DNA of 32,000 nucleotides from Candidatus Saccharimonadota bacterium (GTDB taxonomy: Bacteria > Pseudomonadota > Gammaproteobacteria > Enterobacterales > Enterobacteriaceae): contig NC_008513.1 of the NCBI RefSeq assembly GCF_000090965.1, forward strand, positions 150,001 through 182,000. Direction: 5' to 3'. Positions 10,042 to 20,543 of this stretch are shown piece after piece; the stretch's first letter is position 1, and every line of letters starts with the position of its first letter. Made by a program: the position numbers and the translations under genes. Below the pieces are notes generated by a model. It worked only from the letters and a program-made list of their open reading frames with translations, made no database searches and was not told where the DNA came from.

Positions 10042-11292
10042 TTAATGTGTTAACCAATATTTAATATTTTTTATAAAATATTTAAAAATTCCATTTTTCT
10101 TTTTTTTTTTAAAAGAATTTTTTTGATAATTTTTTCCATATTGAAGTAATCCAATAATTGTTGCATATTCTGGTTTAGACAAATATTTAGGTATTTCAGA
10201 TATATTACAAGGTTTTTTTATTTCAATATTAGTATTAAATATTTTTTTAGCACATAATAATAGATATTTTATTTTTGAGGATCCTCCTGTAAATATTATA
10301 TTTTTTAATATATTGTTATTAATATTTTTAAAATTATATTGAGAATATAATTTTATTATTTCGTTATTTACTAAATTTAATAATTCTATATATCTAGGTT
10401 CAATTACTTCTATTAAAGAATGATAATGACAATTTTTTATTTTTATTCCTTTTTTATTAAAAATTTCTATGTTTTTACAAGCAATTGCAATATCTTCTAC
10501 TGCATATCCATATTTTTTTTTAATAAATTCAGCATCAGAATATGATAATGAAAAAGCATATGCAATATCACGTGTTACAATATTCCCAGCATATGGAATA
10601 ACAGCATTATGATATAATGATCCTTTAAAAAATATGCTTACATGCATTACTTCTCCGCCAATATCTACTAAGCACACTCCAGAATTTTTTTCTTCTTCTG
10701 TTAAAACAGACAAACTAGAAGCTAATCCTACAAATATATTTTTTTTCACATAAATTCCACATTTTTCAATAGCTTTAATTATGTTATTAGAAATGTTTTT
10801 ATTACAAGTAATTAGATGTACATTAGCTTGCATTCTTATACCTGATAATCCTATTGGGTTGCGTATTCCTTTTTTTTTATCTATAGAAAATTCTTGTGGA
10901 ATCATATGTAAAATTTTGTGATCATTATTTATTTTTATTGATTTAGCTATTTTAATAACTTTTTTTACATCTCTTTTTGTAATTTCATTTTTTTTAATTG
11001 GAGTCATACCAATTTCATTGTAACAATTAATTTCATCATGTGAAATAGATAAATATACAGTGTATATTTTACAATTTGCCATTATTTCTGCATCATGAAT
11101 AGATTTTTTTATACAATTTATTAATAAATTTAAATTATTAATATTACCTTTTTCTATACCTTGAGATTTATTTTTACCAAAACCTATGATATTAATCACT
11201 TCATTTTTTAGAATTTCACCTATTAATACAACTATTTTAGTAGTTCCAATTTCTAACGCAGCGATTATGTTTTTTTTTATTGAAAGATTCAT
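10042..11292 (-). CDS. ftsA: Cell division protein FtsA (actin-like)
   Basis: 416 aa, collinear with E. coli FtsA. Motifs: LEIGTTKIVVLIGE, GLSGIRMQANVHLITC, CLVDIGGEVMHVSIF, IPYAGNIVTRDIAYAF, VIEPRYIELLNLVN, and a C-terminal amphipathic tail IFKYFIKNIKYWL. Confidence 0.95.
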   Translation of the reverse strand: MNLSIKKNIIAALEIGTTKIVVLIGEILKNEVINIIGFGKNKSQGIEKGNINNLNLLINCIKKSIHDAEIMANCKIYTVYLSISHDEINCYNEIGMTPIKKNEITKRDVKKVIKIAKSIKINNDHKILHMIPQEFSIDKKKGIRNPIGLSGIRMQANVHLITCNKNISNNIIKAIEKCGIYVKKNIFVGLASSLSVLTEEEKNSGVCLVDIGGEVMHVSIFFKGSLYHNAVIPYAGNIVTRDIAYAFSLSYSDAEFIKKKYGYAVEDIAIACKNIEIFNKKGIKIKNCHYHSLIEVIEPRYIELLNLVNNEIIKLYSQYNFKNINNNILKNIIFTGGSSKIKYLLLCAKKIFNTNIEIKKPCNISEIPKYLSKPEYATIIGLLQYGKNYQKNSFKKKKKNGIFKYFIKNIKYWLTH

Positions 11293-11558
11293 ATTTTTTG
11301 GATTATATAAAAATTTTATTAAAAATATTTTTATATTTTTTATAATATAAAATATAATTAATAAAATGAATGTGATTATATTTAAAAGATAAAATATTTT
11401 AATATTAATGATATAATTAATACATTCATATTTTTATAATAAAAAAATTATTGTTTTAGATTATAAAATATTAAGTAATATTTTATATTAAAAATAATTG
11501 TTATTTATATAATAAAAATGTTTTTTTTTAAAAAATATTTTATGAATGTAAAAAAATT

Positions 11559-11577
11559 TGTTACATTAAATGTAACA
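11559..11577. repeat. Perfect 19-nt palindrome tgttacatt-a-aatgtaaca in the rsmH-ftsA spacer
   Basis: The 9-bp arms 11559-11567 and 11569-11577 are exact reverse complements and contain G and C. The palindrome is embedded in a cluster of ATGAATGT/ACATTCAT motif copies (see findings). Confidence 0.6.
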
Positions 11578-11766
11578 GAATTACTTTATGAATATGTTTT
11601 TATATAGTTAAAAATTTTTATTTTTTTTTTTGATAATAATATTATATCATATTTATTAGATTCAGAAAAAATAAATTATATATCTTAATTAAGATAAAAA
11701 TATATTTTTTTTTAATTTATTTACAATATAAATATTGTCTAATATTTTTTTTAAAAAAAATATTTA

Positions 11767-12690
11767 TTATAACATTTCTGCAATTCTTAATATTGCACTT
11801 CTAGATCTTTTATTTTTTTGAATTTCAGTTTTTTTAGGTTTAATTTTTTTGATAATTTTTATTTTTTTATTTTCAATTTTTTTGATTTTTTTTTCGGTAA
11901 TAGGTAATCCTCTTGGTATAAAAAAAGTTTTACCATGTTTTTTAAAAAAATTTTTTACTATTCTATTTTCAAGAGAATGAAAACAAATAATAACTAATCT
12001 TCTTTTTTTTTTTAATATCTTTATTGATATTTTTAATGTTTTTTTTAATTCTTTAATTTCATTATTTATATGAATACGTATAGCTTGAAAAGTTCTTGTT
12101 GCCGGATGTTTATATTTATCTATTTTTGGAATTGCTTTTTTTATAATTTGTACTAAATCTAATGTTTGAGTTATTGTTTTTTTTTTATTTCTATTATAGA
12201 TAGCATAAGAAATTTTTTTAGAATATCTTTCTTCTCCATATTTTCTTAGCACTTTCTCTATTTCTTTTTGACTAGATTTTTTAAGCCATTTCCAAGCTGG
12301 TATACCTGTTGTATTGTTCATACGCATATCTAATAGTCCGTTTTTCATAAATGAAAAACCTCTATCATTTTGATTAATTTGATTTGATGAAATTCCTAAA
12401 TCTAATAAAATTCCATCAATTTTTTTTTTTTTATTTTTTTTATATATATAAGGTATTTTTTTAGAAAATTTTCCAAATATTATAGAAAATCTCTTGTCTT
12501 TTATTTTTTTTCCTTTATTTACTGATTTAATATCTTGATCAATAGAATATAGTTTACCAGATTGTCCTAAATACTTTAATATTTCTTTTGTATGTCCTCC
12601 GTTTCCAAATGTTCCATCAATATATATGCCATTTTTCTTAATATTTAAAGCATTAATTGTTTCTTTAAGTAATACAGGTATATGTGACAT
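11767..12690 (-). CDS. rsmH: 16S rRNA (cytosine1402-N4)-methyltransferase RsmH (MraW)
   Basis: 307 aa. HIPVLLKE, DGTFGNGGH and LLDLGISSNQ SAM-methyltransferase motifs, and ATRTFQAIRIHINNE. Confidence 0.93.
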   Translation of the reverse strand: MSHIPVLLKETINALNIKKNGIYIDGTFGNGGHTKEILKYLGQSGKLYSIDQDIKSVNKGKKIKDKRFSIIFGKFSKKIPYIYKKNKKKKIDGILLDLGISSNQINQNDRGFSFMKNGLLDMRMNNTTGIPAWKWLKKSSQKEIEKVLRKYGEERYSKKISYAIYNRNKKKTITQTLDLVQIIKKAIPKIDKYKHPATRTFQAIRIHINNEIKELKKTLKISIKILKKKRRLVIICFHSLENRIVKNFFKKHGKTFFIPRGLPITEKKIKKIENKKIKIIKKIKPKKTEIQKNKRSRSAILRIAEML

Positions 12691-12838
12691 AATTTTATAT
12701 TTATTAGAATTTAATTCTATACATTCTCTAAAGAAATTATTTTAAAAAATAATTTTTAAAATTTAATAGAAAATGTATAAAAGTTTTGTTTATTAATTTT
12801 TAAAAATTTAATTTTTAATTTATTAAAAAATATTTTTC

Positions 12839-13321
12839 TTATTGATAACAACTGATACCTATAACACCAGATCTTGATAATTCAATAATTTTAAAAGATT
12901 TTTTTGCAATATTTAAAAAAGAATCAATATTTCTATTTGTATCTGATATTTGAATAATATATTGTTCTGAAGAACAATCAATAATATTACCTTTATATAT
13001 TTCTATAATTTGATTTATTTTATGCAATTTTTTTAGATTATTTATCTGAATTTTTATTAATAGAATTTCTCTTTCAATATAATTTTTATTTGTTATTTCC
13101 AATACTTGGTATACATCAATTAATTTATGAAGTTGTTTTTCAATTTGTTCAATAGTTTTTTTATTTCCAAAAGTTTGAATTGTTAATTTTGATATATTTT
13201 TTTTATTAGTCGGAGCAACTGATAGACTATCTATATTATATCCTCTTTGTGAAAAAAGTCCTACTACTCGTGATAATGCACCTGATTCATTTTCTAATAA
13301 TATTGATAAAATTCTGCGCAT
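12839..13321 (-). CDS. ilvH: Acetolactate synthase III small (regulatory) subunit
   Basis: 160 aa. The N-terminus [38 protein letters not shown] is nearly identical to E. coli IlvH (ACT domain). Confidence 0.96.
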   Translation of the reverse strand: MRRILSILLENESGALSRVVGLFSQRGYNIDSLSVAPTNKKNISKLTIQTFGNKKTIEQIEKQLHKLIDVYQVLEITNKNYIEREILLIKIQINNLKKLHKINQIIEIYKGNIIDCSSEQYIIQISDTNRNIDSFLNIAKKSFKIIELSRSGVIGISCYQ

Positions 13322-13330
13322 ATATTTAAA

Positions 13331-15055
13331 TTATCCTGTTTTTTTTAATAACATTTCGTTCATACCACCGTTTTTTATTTGCATAGGATAAACATGTTCA
13401 TATGGATCAATATTAATATCAACAAAAACTAGTGATCCAGATTGAACCTGTTTAATCGCTAATATTAATTTAGAGATTATTTCTTTTGGTTTTTTTATTT
13501 TTATTCCAATATGTCCATATGCTTTAGCTAGTTTTATAAAGTTAGGTAATGATTGCATGTATGAATGAGAGTGTCTACCTGAATAAATCATGTCTTGCCA
13601 TTGTTTTACCATTCCTAGTGATTGATTATTTAAATTAATAATTAATATTGCTAAATTATATTGTTTTGCTGTTGATAATTCTTGTATGTTCATTTGTATA
13701 CTACCATCTCCAGTAACACATATTACAAATTTTTTAGGATGTGCAATTTTTACTCCTAGAGCAGCCGGTAATCCAAATCCCATTGTACCTAACCCTCCTG
13801 AGTTAATCCAATGACGGGGTTTATTAAAACCATAATATAATGCAGCAAACATTTGATGTTGCCCTACGTCTGATGTAATATATGCTTTTCCTTCTGTTAA
13901 TTTATGTAGTATTTGAAGGATATATTGTGGTTTAATTATTTTATTAGAATTTTTATATTTATTAAATTTATAATTTTTCCATTTTTGTATTTTTTTCCAC
14001 CAATTATTTAAATAAGAGTTTGATCTTTTTTTTTCTTTTTTTTCTAATAATAATAACATTTTTTTTAGTATTTTTTTAGCATCTCCAATAATAGGAATAT
14101 CTGCTGTTATTGTTTTAGAAATTGATGTAGGATCAATATCAATATGTATTATTTTTGCATTTGGACAATATTTATCTACATTATTTGTAGTTCTATCATC
14201 AAATCTAACTCCAATAGCTAGAATTATATCAGAATGATGCATAGCCATATTAGCTTCATAAGTTCCGTGCATACCTAACATAGATAAATTTTGTGGATGA
14301 TTACTAGGAAAAGAACCTAATGACATAAGAGACATTGTTACTGGTATATTTAATTTTGTTGCTAAATTATATAATTCTGAGTGACTATTAGAGCTTATAA
14401 TTCCTCCTCCAGCATATATAATTGGTTTTTTAGATTTTAATAAAAAATTTAATGCATTTTTTATATTTTTTTTATTTTTTTTTATGTTGTTTTTATAAGA
14501 TTTAATATTAATTGTATTTTCCCAAATATATTTTTTTTTTATTTTATGATCTAAAATATTTTTTGGTAAATCAATTACTATTGGTCCAGGCCTTCCGTTA
14601 GTTGCTAAAAAATACGATTTTTGAAAAATTAAAGGAATATTCTCAGATTTTTTTACTAAAAAACTATGTTTTACAATAGGTCGAGAAATACCTATCATGT
14701 CACATTCTTGAAATGCATCAAAACCAATTAATTTTGAAGATACTTGTCCTGATATTATTAATAATGGTATAGAATCCATGTATGCAGTAGCAATTCCAGT
14801 AATTGCATTTGTAGCTCCAGGACCTGAAGTAACTAAAACAACTCCGATTTTTCCAGTACATCGTGCGTATCCATCTGCCATATGTACAGCTGCTTGTTCA
14901 TGACGTACTAAAATATGCTGTATTTTTTTTTTACCTAATGTATGAATTGCGTCATAAATATCTAAAACAGCCCCTCCTGGATAACCAAATATTTTTTTTA
15001 TTTTTAAGTTCATTAATGATTGAACAACCATTTCGGCACCAGATAATAATGTCAT
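13331..15055 (-). CDS. ilvI: Acetolactate synthase III large (catalytic) subunit
   Basis: 574 aa. [37 protein letters not shown], and ThDP motif [15 protein letters not shown]...[12 protein letters not shown]. It ends 9 nt before the ilvH start, an operon arrangement. Confidence 0.96.
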   Translation of the reverse strand: MTLLSGAEMVVQSLMNLKIKKIFGYPGGAVLDIYDAIHTLGKKKIQHILVRHEQAAVHMADGYARCTGKIGVVLVTSGPGATNAITGIATAYMDSIPLLIISGQVSSKLIGFDAFQECDMIGISRPIVKHSFLVKKSENIPLIFQKSYFLATNGRPGPIVIDLPKNILDHKIKKKYIWENTINIKSYKNNIKKNKKNIKNALNFLLKSKKPIIYAGGGIISSNSHSELYNLATKLNIPVTMSLMSLGSFPSNHPQNLSMLGMHGTYEANMAMHHSDIILAIGVRFDDRTTNNVDKYCPNAKIIHIDIDPTSISKTITADIPIIGDAKKILKKMLLLLEKKEKKRSNSYLNNWWKKIQKWKNYKFNKYKNSNKIIKPQYILQILHKLTEGKAYITSDVGQHQMFAALYYGFNKPRHWINSGGLGTMGFGLPAALGVKIAHPKKFVICVTGDGSIQMNIQELSTAKQYNLAILIINLNNQSLGMVKQWQDMIYSGRHSHSYMQSLPNFIKLAKAYGHIGIKIKKPKEIISKLILAIKQVQSGSLVFVDINIDPYEHVYPMQIKNGGMNEMLLKKTG

Positions 15056-15172
15056 ATTGTATGTAATCCCTATATAATTAGTATTTATTTAATAATTTAA
15101 TATATATATTTATAATTAATATATTTTTTATAATTTAATTATAAATAAAAAATTTTTTTTTTTAATTAAAAC

Positions 15173-15198
15173 ATTATCTGTAAAATTATACAGATAAT
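15173..15198 (-). terminator. Candidate intrinsic terminator hairpin downstream of dapD
   Basis: 10-bp perfect arms attatctgta (15173-15182) and tacagataat (15189-15198) with a 6-nt loop. It begins 15 nt after the dapD stop on the minus strand and is followed there by GTTTTAATT plus an A-run. The arms contain C and G, unlike the surrounding spacer. Confidence 0.4.
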
Positions 15199-15213
15199 AT
15201 TTTATTATATATT

Positions 15214-16041
15214 TTAATATTTAATAGCACGAAGTAATTTATTTAATTCTGTTTTATCTAATGTTTTTTTATCAACTTTTTTTACAATAACTGCGCAATA
15301 TAAATTTATATTTCCTATTTTTGAAGGTAAAGTTCCTGGTACTACAACAGATCCTTTAGGAACTCGTCCATAAAATATTTTTTTTGTTTCTCGATCATAA
15401 ATTTTAGTGCTTTGCCCTATATATACTCCCATAGAAATTACTGAATTTTTTTCAATAATAACTCCTTCAACGATTTCAGATCTAGCTCCAATAAAACAGT
15501 TATCTTCTATAATTGTTGGATTGTTCTGTAATGGTTCTAATACTCCACCTATTCCTACTCCTCCAGATATATGAACATTACGACCAATTTGAGCACATGA
15601 TCCAATAGTAGCCCAAGTATCAATCATAGTATTTTTCCCAATATACGCGCCGATATTAATAAAACTAGGCATTATTATGACATTTTTATCAATAAAAGAA
15701 CCAAATCTGACTGTTGCATTAGGAACTACACGTATAGCATCATTAATAAAATCGATTTTATTATAATTTTTATATTTTAACGATATTTTATCATAAAAAG
15801 AATTATTTGATATTTTAATAATTTTATTATCTTGTGAATATAAATATAATAATACAGCTTTTTTTATCCATTGATATGTAATCCAAGTATTATTATTTTT
15901 TTTTGAAATTCTTATTTCACCAGAATTTAATAGTTTTATTGTTTTTTTTATTATTTTTTTTTCTTCTTTTGATATCTTATAATTTTCTTTTTTTGTTTTT
16001 TTTAAAAAAATTTTTTCTATTTTTTTTTTTATTTGTATCAT
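15214..16041 (-). CDS. dapD: 2,3,4,5-tetrahydropyridine-2,6-dicarboxylate N-succinyltransferase (lysine/DAP pathway)
   Basis: 275 aa. Left-handed beta-helix hexapeptide region [42 protein letters not shown], collinear with E. coli DapD. Confidence 0.94.
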   Translation of the reverse strand: MIQIKKKIEKIFLKKTKKENYKISKEEKKIIKKTIKLLNSGEIRISKKNNNTWITYQWIKKAVLLYLYSQDNKIIKISNNSFYDKISLKYKNYNKIDFINDAIRVVPNATVRFGSFIDKNVIIMPSFINIGAYIGKNTMIDTWATIGSCAQIGRNVHISGGVGIGGVLEPLQNNPTIIEDNCFIGARSEIVEGVIIEKNSVISMGVYIGQSTKIYDRETKKIFYGRVPKGSVVVPGTLPSKIGNINLYCAVIVKKVDKKTLDKTELNKLLRAIKY

Positions 16042-16181
16042 TTTTAATTAATAACCTATATAATTATTTTTTATTATTGAATATGTATTAATAGTTATAT
16101 TTTAATAAAATTTAATAAGTTTAATTGTAGTATTATTAAAATTATGAATATTAATATTTAATTAGAGAAAATTAGAGATAT

Positions 16182-16973
16182 TTATATATTTATAAAAATT
16201 TTTGGAATTTTTTCATTTCTTTGATAAGTTAAGATTTCACATCCTGTATTAGTAACTAAAATTGTATGTTCATACTGTGCGGAAAAACCCCCATCTCTTG
16301 TCTTTACTGTCCAACCATCTTTCATATATTTAATATTTGATGATCTAATATTTACTATAGGTTCAATAGTAAAAGTCATTCCAGAATACATTTTAATATT
16401 ATTATTTTTATTATAAAAATGTAAAATATATGGATTTTCGTGAAAATTTTTACCTATACCATGTCCACAATATTCTTTAACTATAGAAAATTTATTTTTT
16501 TCTATATATTTTTGTATCACTTTACCAATTTTATTTATCTTTTTTTTATTTTTAATATATTTTAATGATTTATATAAGCTATTTCTTGTAATTTTACATA
16601 GTTTTTTGTTTTTTTTATTTATTTTTCCTACAAAAAACATTCTAGATGCATCGGTATAATAGTCATTTTTAATTACCGCTACATCAATATTTACAATATC
16701 TCCATTTTTTAAAAATGTTTTTTTATTTGGTATACCATGACATACAGTATCATTAACAGAAATACATATAGATTTAGGAAAATTTTTATATCCTAAACAT
16801 GCAGGAATTGCTTTTTTTTTTTGAGTTATATAATGATGACAAATTTGGTTTATTTCTTCAGTTGATATATCAGTAACAATATAAGATTTAATCATTTCAA
16901 GTACATTTGCAGTAATTTTTCCAGATTCTCGCATTTGTTTAATTTCATATTTGTTTTTTAAAATTCTTTTCAT
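16182..16973 (-). CDS. map: Methionine aminopeptidase type I
   Basis: 263 aa. All metal ligands are in context: GDIVNIDVAV..DASRMF, CGHGIG, FTIEP, AQYEHT. Confidence 0.95.
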   Translation of the reverse strand: MKRILKNKYEIKQMRESGKITANVLEMIKSYIVTDISTEEINQICHHYITQKKKAIPACLGYKNFPKSICISVNDTVCHGIPNKKTFLKNGDIVNIDVAVIKNDYYTDASRMFFVGKINKKNKKLCKITRNSLYKSLKYIKNKKKINKIGKVIQKYIEKNKFSIVKEYCGHGIGKNFHENPYILHFYNKNNNIKMYSGMTFTIEPIVNIRSSNIKYMKDGWTVKTRDGGFSAQYEHTILVTNTGCEILTYQRNEKIPKIFINI

Positions 16974-17279
16974 TGTTGTGTATAAATAATTAGTTATTAT
17001 TGTCTAAATTTTTGTTTTTAAAAAGATTTTTTGTTTACAAAAATAAATATTATAATTAAAAATTTATTTTTATTTACTTAGAAATATTAAAGAACGTTAT
17101 AAACTATTGTAATATAATATGTTATAATATATAAATATAGATAAAAAATTTAAAATTAAATATTTTTTTTAAAAAATAATTATTATAAATATTATTTTAA
17201 AATTTATAACATAATTTTATTTCTAAATAAATTTAATTTTTATTTTAATATTATTTAAACTATAATGTTAATAGTAATT

Positions 17280-17288
17280 TGTTATAAT
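17280..17288 (+). promoter_or_regulatory. Extended -10 element TGTTATAAT; candidate rpsB-tsf promoter
   Basis: Exact TGnTATAAT 42 nt upstream of the rpsB ATG, followed by a T11 run and AGGAG (17318-17322) 7 nt before the ATG. An identical 9-mer lies at 17120-17128. TATAAT-like strings are common in this composition, so confidence is low. Confidence 0.3.
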
Positions 17289-17329
17289 AGCATATTTTTT
17301 TTTTTAAATAAAATTATAGGAGAATAGTT

Positions 17330-18055
17330 ATGGATATCGCTTTAATGAAAAATATGATTAAAGCCGGAGTCCATTTTGGACATCAAACACGATATTGGAA
17401 TCCAAAAATGAAACCTTTTATTTTTGGAATAAAAAATAAAGTGCATATTATTAATTTAGAAAAAACATTACCATTATTTAGATTAGCTATTAATGAATTA
17501 AAAAAAACTATTAAATTTAACGGAAAAATTTTATTTGTAGGAACTAAACGTTCAGCAAGTGCAGCTATAAAATCTATTGCTTTATCTTGTAATCAATTTT
17601 ATGTTAATCATCGCTGGTTAGGTGGAATGTTGACAAATTGGAAAACTGTAAGGCAATCTATTAATAAATTAAAAGATTTAGAAAAACAATCACTTGATGG
17701 AACTTTTGATAAATTAACTAAAAAAGAAGTTCTTCTTAGAATTCGTCTACTTAATAAATTAGAAAATAGTTTAGGTGGCATTAAAAATATGGGAGGGTTA
17801 CCAGATGCAATTTTTATTATCGATACTGCTTATGAACATATAGCTATTAGAGAAGCAAATCATTTAGGTATACCGGTTTTTGCTATTGTTGATACTAATT
17901 CTAGTCCTGATGGTGTAAATTATATTATTCCGGGAAATGATGATGCAATTCGATCAATTAATTTATATTTAAATATATTATCTGATGAATTATCAAAGTG
18001 TTATAAAGAAAAAAAAGAATCAATTATTTTAAAAAATAGATTAAAAGAACAATAA
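17330..18055 (+). CDS. rpsB: 30S ribosomal protein S2
   Basis: 241 aa. [19 protein letters not shown]-type N-terminus, [14 protein letters not shown], and a strong AGGAG Shine-Dalgarno. Confidence 0.98.
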   Translation: MDIALMKNMIKAGVHFGHQTRYWNPKMKPFIFGIKNKVHIINLEKTLPLFRLAINELKKTIKFNGKILFVGTKRSASAAIKSIALSCNQFYVNHRWLGGMLTNWKTVRQSINKLKDLEKQSLDGTFDKLTKKEVLLRIRLLNKLENSLGGIKNMGGLPDAIFIIDTAYEHIAIREANHLGIPVFAIVDTNSSPDGVNYIIPGNDDAIRSINLYLNILSDELSKCYKEKKESIILKNRLKEQ

Positions 18056-18111
18056 TTTTAAAATTTTTCTATATTATCAATTAATAATATTAATATTAGG
18101 TAAGAAATAAT

Positions 18112-18942
18112 ATGAAAATTTCTGTAAAACTTATTAAAGAATTGCGTATAAAAACTGGATCAGGATATTTGGAATGTAAAAGAGCTTTACAAAAATCTAA
18201 TGGAAATATTATTAACGCAATTAATTATTTAAGAATTGTAGGTACTGATATTGCTCAAAGGAAAGTATTACGAAAAACAAAATTTGGTCGTATTTTTTCA
18301 TATTGTAGTAAAAATTTAGGTGTTTTATTAGAATTAACTTCAGAAACAGATTTTGTTTCAAAAAATGAAGAATTTAAAAATTTTGGAGAAAAAATTGTTA
18401 ATTTTTCTGGTAATAATAAAATTTTTGATTTAACAGAAATTAATGAAATTTTTAATTCAAAAAAAATAAATTTTATTTCTAGAGTTCGTGAAAATATAGA
18501 AATTAATAAAATTAAGTATATTACTGGAAATATTATAGAATCATATCAACATTTAGGTAAAATTGGAGTAATTATTTCTGGAAAAATGTTATCACCTAAT
18601 ACTCACTTAAATACAACTAAATGTTTTAAAAATATTGCTATGCATGTAGCAGCTGCTGCTCCATTATATTTATCAGAATTAGATATTCCTAATAACGTTC
18701 TTCAAAAAGAAACTGATATTCAAAAGAGTATAGCTAAAAAAACTGGTAAAAGTTCAAAAATATTACAAGCAATTATTAAGGGTCGTTTAAAAAAATTTAT
18801 TAGTGAAATTACTTTGATTAATCAAAATTTTATTATAAATCCTAAAATTACTATACATGATTATTTAAAAGAAAATCAAGTTTGGATAAATAATTTTATA
18901 CGTTTACAAGTAGGAGAAAATATTGATAATCTTAATACATAA
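18112..18942 (+). CDS. tsf: Translation elongation factor Ts
   Basis: 276 aa. N-terminal UBA-like KELRIKTGSGYLECKRAL, TDFVSKNEEF, AMHVAAAAPLYL. Immediately downstream of rpsB, as in enterobacteria. Confidence 0.95.
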   Translation: MKISVKLIKELRIKTGSGYLECKRALQKSNGNIINAINYLRIVGTDIAQRKVLRKTKFGRIFSYCSKNLGVLLELTSETDFVSKNEEFKNFGEKIVNFSGNNKIFDLTEINEIFNSKKINFISRVRENIEINKIKYITGNIIESYQHLGKIGVIISGKMLSPNTHLNTTKCFKNIAMHVAAAAPLYLSELDIPNNVLQKETDIQKSIAKKTGKSSKILQAIIKGRLKKFISEITLINQNFIINPKITIHDYLKENQVWINNFIRLQVGENIDNLNT

Positions 18943-19039
18943 TTAATAATATTAATATTTAAGAAAATATAATTATTTTTTATATTTTTTTAAATAAATT
19001 TTTTATATAGTTATGTACATTTGATATATTTTGATATTT

Positions 19040-19759
19040 ATGAAAAAAAAAATTAAATATAATAGAATTTTATTAAAAATTAGTGGGGAATTTTTAAGTA
19101 GTAAAAAAACATTTAATATAAATACTATTTTTATTACTAAATTAATTAAACAAATAAAATTATTAACAAATTTAGGAGTTCAAATTGGTTTAGTAATAGG
19201 AGGAGGTAATTTATTTAGAGGGTCAGATTTAGAAAAAATAGGTATGAGACGTTCAATATCAGATAAAATTGGAATGTTATCTACAGTCATGAATGGATTG
19301 TTATTACATGAATTTATGCAAACAGCTAATATAAAATCAAAAATTTTTTCATCAACTTTACTTGAAGGTATTTGTGAACGATATCATATTGATAAAGCTA
19401 TTAAATGTTTAGAAAAAAAATCAGTTGCAATTTTTTGTTTTGGTCTAGGTATTCCTTTTTTTACAACAGATTCAGCTGCATGTATTTATGGAACTGAAAT
19501 AAAAGCAAATATCTTACTAAAAGCAACTAAAGTAGATGGTGTTTATTCATCTGATCCTATACTTAATAAATCAGCTATATTATATAAAAATTTATCATAT
19601 AAAGATATTTTAAGAAAAGAATTAAAGGTAATGGATTACACATCATTAATTTTAGCTTATGAAAATAAATTACCTATATTAGTTTTTAATATGTATGATC
19701 CAGAAATTTTATATAAAATTATTATAGAAAAAAGTAATATTGGAACTTTAATTAAATAA
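19040..19759 (+). CDS. pyrH: Uridylate (UMP) kinase
   Basis: RILLKISGE, VIGGGNLFRG, FFTTDSAACIYGTEI, KATKVDGVYSSDP. I prefer the ATG at 19040 because it matches the E. coli N-terminal length. The ORF track extends to an in-frame TTG at 19031. Confidence 0.93.
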   Translation: MKKKIKYNRILLKISGEFLSSKKTFNINTIFITKLIKQIKLLTNLGVQIGLVIGGGNLFRGSDLEKIGMRRSISDKIGMLSTVMNGLLLHEFMQTANIKSKIFSSTLLEGICERYHIDKAIKCLEKKSVAIFCFGLGIPFFTTDSAACIYGTEIKANILLKATKVDGVYSSDPILNKSAILYKNLSYKDILRKELKVMDYTSLILAYENKLPILVFNMYDPEILYKIIIEKSNIGTLIK

Positions 19760-19813
19760 TAATTTTTAATGATTTTTCATCAATTATAATTATAATAAGA
19801 ATGAGATTATTTT

Positions 19814-20371
19814 ATGATTAACGTTTTACAAGAAAAAACTTATATTAAAATGAATAAATGTGTTTTAAATTTTAAAAATGATTTAAATAAAATTCGAGCA
19901 AATAGAGCAACTCCAGAATTATTAGATAATATTTTTATAGATTATTATGGTACACATACGGCTTTATCAAAATTATCAAATATAATAATAGAAAATAATT
20001 CTACATTAAAAATTTCTTTATTTGATATTTCTATTAAAAATTCTGTTGAAAAATCAATTATTAATTCTAATTTAGGTTTAAATCCTATTTCTTCTGATTC
20101 TAATATAAGAATTAAAATACCTGCATTAACTGAGCAAAGAAGAAAAGATATCGTAAAAATAATTAAAAATGATGCAGAAAATACTCGTATTTCTATAAGA
20201 AATATAAGAAGAGAAGCTAATATTCAAATAAAAACTTTATTAAAAGAAAAAGAAATAAATCAAGATATAGAAAAACAAGTAAAATTAGAAATTCAAAGAT
20301 ATACAAATTTATTTATTAAAAAAATAAATGATATTTTATCTATTAAAGAAAAAGAGTTATTAACAATATAA
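19814..20371 (+). CDS. frr: Ribosome recycling factor
   Basis: 185 aa. [26 protein letters not shown] and [10 protein letters not shown] motifs, in the conserved position after pyrH. Confidence 0.95.
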
Positions 20372-20543
20372 TATATAAATATTATATAAATAATGTATAC
20401 ATTTTTCTAATTATATTTATTTTAATAAATATTTTTGTTTATTTAATTTTATTAATAATAATATTTTAATTTTTAAGAAATAAACATGTTTATTAATATT
20501 AATAATTAGTAATTATTATTTTATATAGGAATATGGTTTAAAT

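Noticed and set aside
14863-15066. 67-aa plus-strand ORF overlapping the 5' end of ilvI
   Set aside because: It is antisense to a strongly conserved ThDP-enzyme N-terminus, has no homology signal and no ribosome-binding site. It is a shadow ORF.
15903-16091. 62-aa plus-strand ORF overlapping the dapD start
   Set aside because: It is composed almost entirely of F/L from poly-T runs antisense to the Lys-rich dapD N-terminus. It is a compositional artefact.
16161-16178. Tandem attagaga-aa-attagaga directly downstream of the map stop
   Set aside because: There are only two short copies with no obvious function. It is too far from the dapD start to be its ribosome-binding site. It is probably a slippage duplication. 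I note it but do not consider it actionable.
19031-19039. TTG start for pyrH proposed by the ORF track
   Set aside because: An ATG three codons downstream (19040) gives an N-terminus (MKKKIKYNRILLKISGE) that matches the E. coli PyrH length better. The TTG extension adds only MIF, and I cannot exclude it.
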